Shown one piece after another: positions 19,685-26,955 of a stretch of 35,743 nucleotides of DNA. The position numbers were made by a program, and so were the translations under genes. This DNA is from Myxococcota bacterium (GTDB taxonomy: Bacteria > Myxococcota > JACRCW01), in assembly GCA_040752415.1 (NCBI GenBank), contig JBFMGU010000102.1, forward strand, positions 1 to 35,743, written 5' to 3'. Position 1 is the stretch's first letter; each line of letters opens with the position of its first letter. The notes beneath the pieces are model-generated. The model had not been told where the DNA came from. It saw only the letters and a list, made by a program, of their open reading frames with translations, and ran no database searches.

Positions 19685-19875
19685 GCAACACCTCTGGGCG
19701 GAGGCGGGGATTCACGGAGGTGACCGGGCGTCACGTGCGCGCCCGCAGCAATGCCTCCGTCACGACGTCAACCAGCCCGCCACGCTCAATGTAACGGGAG
19801 CGGAAGCATGTGACACGCGACCCGCGCGCCCAGAACGCGTGCTAACCTGCGCGTGTCACCACGAGAGGCCCCACC

Positions 19876-20208
19876 GTGCCGCCCAACTCCAGCGCCGCCG
19901 CACTCTCCCGCACCAGCCCGGGCCCGCTCCGCAAACGCGGCGTGCGCCTTGGTCGCGCGTTGGCGCAGCCGGAGAGCATCAGCGTGGCGCTGGCGGCTTC
20001 CGTGGGCGGATGGATTCCCGCCGGGATGGCGTGGAACCTGGCCGTGGGCAACACGGTCCTGCATCACGCGGCCGGCGTGGTGGCGCTCAGCGTGTGGTTG
20101 TGCTGCGTGACGGCGGGGCTGGCGGTGGGTGCGTGGCTGGGCTTCAGATCTGGAGCTTCCCGCCCGCCTCCAGCGTCGCCGCCTGCGCCCACACCAGGGA
20201 AGCAATGA
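19876..20208 (+). CDS. Small hypothetical membrane protein (2 TM)
   Basis: GAGAGG before the GTG start; two hydrophobic segments. Overlaps the 3' end of the convergent prenyltransferase gene by 65 bp. Confidence 0.45.
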   Translation: MPPNSSAAALSRTSPGPLRKRGVRLGRALAQPESISVALAASVGGWIPAGMAWNLAVGNTVLHHAAGVVALSVWLCCVTAGLAVGAWLGFRSGASRPPPASPPAPTPGKQ

Positions 20209-21130
20209 ACAACACCGCAAACAGCGCGTGCATCACCTCCGCACGGAACACCACCTGGTCCTTGGACACGTCGCGTTCCGCGTAGGCTCGTCGCACGGCC
20301 TGGGTCACCGGGATGATCAGCACCACCGCGGCCAGGGAGATCAACGACGCCCGGGGCAGCAGACCCAACGCCGCCAGCCCCCCCAGCGAGACGGCCGTAC
20401 CCGCCACCAACAGCAGCATCACCCGCACCGCACCCTCCACGCCCCGGCGGAGCGCCAGCGTGCTGACCCCTTCCACCGCGTCGTGCTCGCGGTCGCGGAT
20501 GTCGCGCGCCAGCAGCACCGTGCCCACCATCATGGCCAGGGGAATGGCGCACAGCAGGCTGTAGAGCAGCTCCCGCACCGTCACGATGGGCGCCGCGGCC
20601 AGCATGCCCAGCACGGTGAGCCCCGGTCCCCACGCCACGGCCTCCGGCAGGTCACCCAGGCCCACGTACTTGTAGCGACGAGGACGGGCCACGTACGTGA
20701 ACCCGGCAAACAGGACGAGGAACAACGCCATCACCAGCGCCGGACGCGTGAGCGCCAACGGGATGAACACCGGCGCCAGCGAGAACGCCGCCAGCACCAC
20801 GCACGCCACCGCGGAACGTCGCAGGTTGTGCTCCGCCGCTTCGCTGCGCGCCAGCGCCGCGGCGTCCAGGGTGTGGCCCAGACGGTCCAGGCCGCGGCGG
20901 AGATCGTCGGCGTCGTCGTAGAGGTCCAGCGCGCCGCTCAGCAGCACCGCCGCCAGAGCCGCCAACGCCAGGCCGCCCAGCTCCACGTGGTAGCCACGGG
21001 CGTGCAAGAGCGCGCCGCCCAGGAAGACCGAGGCCAGCGCGGCAACGAAACTGAAGGCATGCAGCGTCCGCAGCCAGACCTGCGGTGCAACCGGGACCTC
21101 ATGGGTCGGCAACACATCCGCCAGCTTCAT
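20144..21130 (-). CDS. menA: UbiA-family prenyltransferase, MenA-like (DHNA polyprenyltransferase)
   Basis: Asp-rich motifs YDDADDLRRGLD and RDIRDREHDAVEGVSTLA, the MenA-type YKYVGLGDL motif, and about 8 TM segments. Confidence 0.72.
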   Translation of the reverse strand: MKLADVLPTHEVPVAPQVWLRTLHAFSFVAALASVFLGGALLHARGYHVELGGLALAALAAVLLSGALDLYDDADDLRRGLDRLGHTLDAAALARSEAAEHNLRRSAVACVVLAAFSLAPVFIPLALTRPALVMALFLVLFAGFTYVARPRRYKYVGLGDLPEAVAWGPGLTVLGMLAAAPIVTVRELLYSLLCAIPLAMMVGTVLLARDIRDREHDAVEGVSTLALRRGVEGAVRVMLLLVAGTAVSLGGLAALGLLPRASLISLAAVVLIIPVTQAVRRAYAERDVSKDQVVFRAEVMHALFAVLFIASLVWAQAATLEAGGKLQI

Positions 21131-21324
21131 GGGCTCACCTCGTCGTCGACGACGCGGTTCCCCCGCGCCGCGGCCGCCGGGACTGCTTTGTTCAGCTAAC
21201 CACGTGCTGCAACCTCATCAAGCTGGCGTCCTCGGCCCGGGCCATGCTCCTCTCGACGTCACCGATGCCCCGTGCCGGGAATGTCGCGCCCGCGTGGCAC
21301 GGTTGGGGAGACGGAGAGAGGCAC

Positions 21325-21852
21325 ATGGCCAGCCTGGGACACGTGGCGGTGGGGATGATGGCGGCGCGCTTGCGCCACACGGATGGGAACACCCGCGCCC
21401 TGCTCCAGAGCATGGTGGGCTGGTCCGCGCTCTCGCTGGCGCCGGATCTCGACGTCATCGCGTTCAAGCTGGGGATTCCCTACGCGGCCCCGTTCGGCCA
21501 CCGCGGTGCCAGCCACGCGTTCCTGACGGCCGTGCTCGTCGGTCCGCTGGTGGCCCTGTTGCTGCGCACCTCTGGAGCCCGCTTCTGGAATACCACGCTC
21601 ACCGCCAGCGCGGTGCTGGCGAGTCACGGGCTGCTGGACATGCTCACCGACGGAGGACTGGGCGTGGCGTGGTGGTGGCCGTTCTCGTCGGAGCGACACT
21701 TCCTCCCGGTGCGGCCGATTCCCGTGGCGCCCATGGGACGGAGTTTCCTCTCGTCACGCGGGATGATGGTGGCGGCCACGGAGCTGGTGATGTTTGCGCC
21801 GCTGTTCCTCTACGCGCTGTGGCCGCGCAAGAAGGCGTTGCGCGCAGCGTGA
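21325..21852 (+). CDS. YdjM-family (LexA-binding, inner-membrane) metal-dependent hydrolase
   Basis: MASLGH, APDLDV, FGHRGASHA, SHGLLDMLTDGG.GV.WWWPFS, PIPVAP. RBS GGAGAGAGG. Confidence 0.9.
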   Translation: MASLGHVAVGMMAARLRHTDGNTRALLQSMVGWSALSLAPDLDVIAFKLGIPYAAPFGHRGASHAFLTAVLVGPLVALLLRTSGARFWNTTLTASAVLASHGLLDMLTDGGLGVAWWWPFSSERHFLPVRPIPVAPMGRSFLSSRGMMVAATELVMFAPLFLYALWPRKKALRAA

Positions 21853-21904
21853 CCGGTGACAGCGCCGACGGTTTGTCGTCGGGACAACGCGCTGGGCTGG
21901 TGAA

Positions 21905-22181
21905 TGGACCCGCGAGCGCCACTGGTCTTCGACGGAGGCGTAGCGCTCGCCCTGGAGTGCGGTGCAAGCGCCCAACGACGACAAGGACACACTGAGGCGC
22001 GCAGCACCGCCCTGGGTCGGGCTGGCCGGTTGCCCGATTGGACCTTGCCGAGACCGATGACAACGGATCCAGGGCGGTGCTGCGCGCCCCCGGTGTGCAT
22101 CGTCGTCGGGATGGGCGCTTGCACCGCACTCCAGGGCGAGCGCTGCGCCTCCGTCGAGGACCAGTGGCGCTCGCAGGTCCA
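21905..22181. repeat. REPIN-like inverted repeat element (~115-bp arms, ~47-bp spacer) between convergent genes
   Basis: 21905-22018 and 22066-22181 are reverse complements; the first 70 bp differ at only 3 transition positions. Each arm contains CCTGGAGTGCGGTGC...GCACCGCCCTGG. Confidence 0.92.
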
Positions 22182-22288
22182 CCTGCAGGCGGTCTCCTGG
22201 CTGGGCTTTGCTGGCGACGCACCGCCAGCCCGGGCCCGGTGAGCTCTGTCCGTCACTTGTTCATCGGTCGATCAACACAACGGGCACT

Positions 22289-23620
22289 TCAACGACGCGT
22301 CACCAGGAAGTACCCCGCGCACATCTCCTCCTCGTCACCCCAGTGCAGGTCCCGCGGCGCGGTGCGCTTGCCGTCCACCGTGGGCTGGTTCTCCTCGGAA
22401 TTGTCCCAGTGACATTCCACGTAGAGCTGGTCGCCGGGCCGGAGGTCCACCGGGGTCTCCAGCCAGTACTCGCCCTGCCAATCCTCATCCCACTGGTCCA
22501 CCTGCAGCAGGCACTCCTGGCGCCCGTCCTGGCGCAGAATCCCCAACACACCGCGGTCACCCCAGTGGTGCATGTGCAGCTGCGCGTTGTGGATGCGCAA
22601 CGTGGAGAGGGGCGCGTACGTGGGCGTGGGATCGGCGTGGTAGAGATAGCGCACGTCGCTGTCACCGGCCGGGATGAGCATGCCGTCCTGGTGGTTGTAC
22701 CAGATGGGATTCACCATCGTGATCCACAGCGCCTGGTCCCTGACCTCGTCATCCAGCTTCAGCTCCACGCGTGAGCGGTCCGACGTGGTGGCCCCACCCG
22801 CAAGCTTGTAGTGCATCCCGAACACGAGCTTGGAGCCGGGCTCCACGCGGAACCCCAGTCCGTCGGGAAAGTCGTGCGCCTGCACGCCCGGCACCCAGCC
22901 CGCCAACGAGCCCTGCACGTGCGACTGCGGGATGCCTCCCTGGCAGTCAAAACCCGGCGCCTCATCCACGCCATCCTCACGCCGCAGTCCGTCGACGTCA
23001 CCCGGCCCCGCCAGGAACACGATGGCGTGATGCACCACCGCGCGCGTGCCGGGAATGACGTTGACGCCGGTGACGTGCGTGGCGCGGTCCAACGGCCAAT
23101 CCGCCAGGAAGCAGCGGTACTCATGCTCCTTCCCCGACGGAGGTGACGGCGTGTGCTCCACCGGCATCTCCACGCTGAGGTCCACGCGGCTCAGGCCCCC
23201 GGGGGGCGGCGGAGCGTCGGGCGCATCCGCGGGGTCGCCTTCGGGCGCACCGGACTGCACCCACGCGTCAATGGTGGCGATCTCCACGGCGGAGAGGGAA
23301 CGGTCGAAGCGGTAGCGGTTGCAGCACGCCGCGGGCGGCCAGGGCGGCATGGTGCCGGAGAGGACCGCGCTACGGATGTCGTCGCGCCAGGTGCGTGCGT
23401 CGTCGAGCGTGGTGAGCGGGAATGGCGCCAGGCCGCCCTCCACGTGGCAGCCACCGCAGCGCGCGCCCAGGATGGGACGCACGTCGCGCCACCAGGTGGG
23501 CGCCGCCTCCAACGTGACCGGCTCCTTCTCGACGCTGCACCACGGAAACCCCACGTCGGAATCCGGGCACGCGGTGAGAAGCAGCGCCACGCTCGTCGTG
23601 AACCCCCACCCGGCACGCAT
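22289..23620 (-). CDS. Lipoprotein: N-terminal c-type haem domain plus copper type II ascorbate-dependent monooxygenase (PHM/DBH-like)
   Basis: Lipobox LLLTAC; CGGCH...APFPL...MPPWP; CuH ligands VHHA and MHY; CuM ligands HMH and EEEMC. Confidence 0.88.
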   Translation of the reverse strand: MRAGWGFTTSVALLLTACPDSDVGFPWCSVEKEPVTLEAAPTWWRDVRPILGARCGGCHVEGGLAPFPLTTLDDARTWRDDIRSAVLSGTMPPWPPAACCNRYRFDRSLSAVEIATIDAWVQSGAPEGDPADAPDAPPPPGGLSRVDLSVEMPVEHTPSPPSGKEHEYRCFLADWPLDRATHVTGVNVIPGTRAVVHHAIVFLAGPGDVDGLRREDGVDEAPGFDCQGGIPQSHVQGSLAGWVPGVQAHDFPDGLGFRVEPGSKLVFGMHYKLAGGATTSDRSRVELKLDDEVRDQALWITMVNPIWYNHQDGMLIPAGDSDVRYLYHADPTPTYAPLSTLRIHNAQLHMHHWGDRGVLGILRQDGRQECLLQVDQWDEDWQGEYWLETPVDLRPGDQLYVECHWDNSEENQPTVDGKRTAPRDLHWGDEEEMCAGYFLVTRR

Positions 23621-23623
23621 GCG

Positions 23624-26329
23624 TCACTCCACCAGGCCCACGGTCTGTTCGTCGCGGGTGACGTAGACCAGGCGCGTGCCCTGGGGATCCATGCGCAGCC
23701 CCACCGGCGTGCCCGCCACCTTCACCTGTGAGAGGCTGCGCAACCGCATCTCGTCGCCCTCACCTTCAATCGCGAACTCGATGATGTTCCCTTCCGTGCC
23801 CGCGTAGAGACGACGCCCGTCGGGCGAGGCCACCAGCGGGACCTGGGAGAACGGCGCGTCCGCCTCCAGCACGCGGTAGACCGGCTGGCGCGCCGCATCC
23901 ACGTCGAGCAGCCCCAGCTCGAACGAGAAGCTCTGCAGCTTGAAGAACACGCCCAGGAGGCCGCCGCCGGGCAGGATGGCGCCGGACATGGGGAAGAGCG
24001 CCTGCTCGGCCAGCTCCACCGGCGTGCCACCCGAGACGTCCCACGTGCGCAGGAAGAACGGCACCGCCTCCCCCGGCCGCTGCTCGACGATGTAGAGCAC
24101 CTCCCGCACCGGGTCGTGGAGCCCCTGCAACGCGTTGCACGCCACCAGCGTTCCCGACGAGCCATCGCGCGGCACCAGCTCCACCCAGTCCGCCTCCGCA
24201 CCCACCGCCGCCTGCTGGCACGCGTTCCCGTTGTTGTTGGCCACGCCGAAGTAGTGCACCAGCGCGAACTCCTCCGTGACCACGCGCGGCAGCGCGCCCG
24301 TCACCCACACATCGGGGAGACCCAGCCGGGTGCTCTCCTTGCCAAAGTCGGCGCCGGTGGCGGTGACGTCGTAGCGGAGCAGGTCCACCTGGTAGAAGTT
24401 GGTTCCCGCCACGGTCTGCACATTGCGCGGCTGGGCGGCCCACACCGCCGCGGGAGCGCCCCGCTCGTCGGTCTCCACCGCCGCGGAGTAGGGCATGCGC
24501 ACCAGGCGCGAGGACAACACCTGCCCCGAGCTGTCCGCGTGCATGAGCATGGTGGGGTAGATGACGAGGACACCGCCGCGCTCACGGGACATGGGCCACG
24601 CATCCCACGGCGCGCCGAGCACCGAGGCGGAGCGCACCAGGGTGCCGTTGCGGTCCAGCACGTCGACACGGCCACCACTCTCCGGGATGGCGTAGAACGT
24701 GGGAGTCACCGGGTCCACGTGCAGCGCCGCATACATGGTCCGCGTGGGGACGATCTGCATGGTGTCCTGCTGATTGAACATCCACAGCTCGGCGCGCGGC
24801 TCACCGTAGAGGCGGGGCACCACCGCCACCGTGGAAGCGGCGAGGTTGCAGTCCGGCAGCGCCGCGGCGGTCACCGCGCGGAAGACCTGCGAGGTGAGCT
24901 CCACGACGTACGGCTGGCCCAGCGCGTCGAACACCGCGCACACCGGTTCGTTGGCGGGCGCCACCGGGGACAGCGGACGCATGGGCACCGCCACCATTGC
25001 ACCGGTGTAGAAGGGCACCAGCTCCATGGGCGTCTCACTGGCAACCTCGCCGCGCCCCGCGAAGTAGCTCGCGCAGCGCGCGCATCCCTCGTCGCCGGGC
25101 GCGCACGGTTGGAGATCCACCGGTCCCACCTGCTGCGCCTCCGGCAACACCTCGCCTGTCGTGGCGTCGACCAGCAGCACGCGCAGGCGCACCCCGCCCT
25201 GCAGCGGACGGCGTGACAGGTGCGCCACCATGGACAGCCCCGGCGCCGCCAACCACGAGCCCGGCAACACGCCCGCCGCCAACGGAAGCTCCCCCGGGAA
25301 GGTCTGCACCACCTCGCCCGGCCCGTCGGCGTCGTACGCCTGCAGCGAGTAGGCAAAGCCCACGCCGTCGCTGCTGACGCCCAGCGCCAGCGCCTTCTCC
25401 GGCGTCACCAGGAGGTACGGCAAGATGATGTTGCCGGCCAGCGTGCTGGCATTCAGCACCTCCTGGCCCGCGCCCAGCAGGTGCGTGCGGAAATGCGTGG
25501 CAGTCAGGTCCAGCGTCACGCCCTCGTGCACCAGCACGCCGGGCTGCGCGTCGGCCTCGTCGGGCCAGGAGAAGGTGCTGGGGGAGGCGTAGGGGATGGC
25601 GGCGTGGCTGAGACGCGCGAACTCGTCGTTGCGCAGCGCCGGGAGCTGGCCCACCTCGCTGTAGCCCACCAGCGGATACACGCGCGCCTGGTAGATGGGG
25701 TCGTTCACCGCGAAGGTGGAGCCCAGGCCGAAGGTGACCGCCACCGCGCCCTGCGTCTCCGCCGCCACACGACACGCGGGATCCTGCACGGGCAGCACAC
25801 CTCCGTCGGGGTTGGGAGGAAGACCGCAGGGAAGACCGGTGGCGGGGTTGATGGGGGCGCACTGCGCGGAGCCCACGCCCGACGCCATGATCACCAGCCG
25901 GGGCTCGGCCTCGCCGATGAACGAGGGCGCGGGGGGATGGCCCACGCCGAGGTAGCAGAAGGATTGTACGTACGGCTCGCTGGCGCGCGGACCGGAGAGC
26001 ACGGTGATCTCACCCTCGGGCAGGTCCGCGGGCACCACCGCGCGCAGCTCTTCCGTCGTCACGCCCTCCAGGTCCAGCTCGATGCTCCCCACGCGCAGGC
26101 GCACCGTGGCCACGTCCCAGCCTCCGCCGGTGACCACCAGCGTGTCGCCCGCGTAGGCGCAGGGCCTGGCGGTGCCGCCGTCGCCACCCAGGCTGCGCTC
26201 GGCCACCGTGACGTGCTCGATGTGGGGACGCGGGCCTGCGTCGTCACGTTCCGCGGAAGGCAGGAGCACGCGCGGACAACCCGTGCCCAGGATGACGACG
26301 ACACCCAACGTGGCTGCAACGTTCCTCAT
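23624..26329 (-). CDS. Large lipoprotein with an N-terminal IPT/TIG-like Ig domain and a probable beta-propeller region
   Basis: ATG 26329 after GAGG; lipobox ILGTGC; GDTLVVTGGGW...LRAVVP (IPT-like); C-terminal blades VASPDGRRLYAG and MDPQGTRLVYV. Ends 3 bp before the monooxygenase start. Confidence 0.75.
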   Translation of the reverse strand: MRNVAATLGVVVILGTGCPRVLLPSAERDDAGPRPHIEHVTVAERSLGGDGGTARPCAYAGDTLVVTGGGWDVATVRLRVGSIELDLEGVTTEELRAVVPADLPEGEITVLSGPRASEPYVQSFCYLGVGHPPAPSFIGEAEPRLVIMASGVGSAQCAPINPATGLPCGLPPNPDGGVLPVQDPACRVAAETQGAVAVTFGLGSTFAVNDPIYQARVYPLVGYSEVGQLPALRNDEFARLSHAAIPYASPSTFSWPDEADAQPGVLVHEGVTLDLTATHFRTHLLGAGQEVLNASTLAGNIILPYLLVTPEKALALGVSSDGVGFAYSLQAYDADGPGEVVQTFPGELPLAAGVLPGSWLAAPGLSMVAHLSRRPLQGGVRLRVLLVDATTGEVLPEAQQVGPVDLQPCAPGDEGCARCASYFAGRGEVASETPMELVPFYTGAMVAVPMRPLSPVAPANEPVCAVFDALGQPYVVELTSQVFRAVTAAALPDCNLAASTVAVVPRLYGEPRAELWMFNQQDTMQIVPTRTMYAALHVDPVTPTFYAIPESGGRVDVLDRNGTLVRSASVLGAPWDAWPMSRERGGVLVIYPTMLMHADSSGQVLSSRLVRMPYSAAVETDERGAPAAVWAAQPRNVQTVAGTNFYQVDLLRYDVTATGADFGKESTRLGLPDVWVTGALPRVVTEEFALVHYFGVANNNGNACQQAAVGAEADWVELVPRDGSSGTLVACNALQGLHDPVREVLYIVEQRPGEAVPFFLRTWDVSGGTPVELAEQALFPMSGAILPGGGLLGVFFKLQSFSFELGLLDVDAARQPVYRVLEADAPFSQVPLVASPDGRRLYAGTEGNIIEFAIEGEGDEMRLRSLSQVKVAGTPVGLRMDPQGTRLVYVTRDEQTVGLVE

Positions 26330-26432
26330 GGGCAACCTCAGCTCCGTTCTCCTGGCCATCCCACGCCGAGGTTGCTTCCGTCCACGGCGCGCGGGGCTGA
26401 CGTGGGCCCCCGTCTCCGCGCACAATAGCGCC

Positions 26433-26954
26433 GTGACCACGCCGTACGATCCGCTGGCATCCCACCGGGAAACCCCGGCGCGCGCTCCGTCGCTGCTGGC
26501 GGTGGACCTGGGCATGCGCTCGGGCCTGGCGGTCTACGGTGACGACGGGAAGCTGCTCTCCTACCGCTCGCAGAACTTTGGCACGCCCGCCCGCCTCCGA
26601 CGTGCCGTGCCCCAGGTCCTGTCCGCGCTTCCCACGGTGCGCTGGCTGTTCATGGAGGGAGACCGCAACCTGGCGGCCATCTGGGAGAAGACCGCGGAGA
26701 AGCGGGGCATCACCTGTCGCACCGTGGGAGCGGAGACCTGGCGCGCCATGCTGTTGCTCTCCCGGGAGCAGCGCTCCGGTCCCCTGGCCAAGCAGAGCGC
26801 GGACAAGGTGGCGCGACAGGTGATCGCCTGGTCGGACGCGCCCCGGCCCACCTCGCTCAATGACGACGTGGCGGAGGCCATCCTGCTGGGTCTGTGGGGC
26901 GCGCGGGAACTGGGCTGGCTTCCCGGCGACGCACCGTGGCGCTCCGTGCGCTGA
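26433..26954 (+). CDS. RNase H / RuvC-fold hypothetical protein
   Basis: LLAVDLGMRSGLAVYG, FMEG, AETWR and DDVAEAILLG reproduce the D-E-D/E acidic pattern of RuvC/YqgF-like folds. Start (GTG 26433) uncertain. Confidence 0.65.
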   Translation: MTTPYDPLASHRETPARAPSLLAVDLGMRSGLAVYGDDGKLLSYRSQNFGTPARLRRAVPQVLSALPTVRWLFMEGDRNLAAIWEKTAEKRGITCRTVGAETWRAMLLLSREQRSGPLAKQSADKVARQVIAWSDAPRPTSLNDDVAEAILLGLWGARELGWLPGDAPWRSVR

Positions 26955-26955
26955 A

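Noticed and set aside
21192..21245. 17-aa minus-strand ORF upstream of the menA-like gene as a leader peptide
   Set aside because: The Shine-Dalgarno-like GAGGAG is only 1 nt from the ATG, and there are no regulatory codon runs or attenuator.
21295..21309. TGGCACG upstream of the ydjM-like gene as a sigma-54 promoter
   Set aside because: The -12 position reads GA, not GC.
21754..22242. Pair of similar ORFs on opposite strands (MDPRAPLV / MDLRAPLV)
   Set aside because: Mirror translations of the two arms of the inverted repeat; not evidence of coding.
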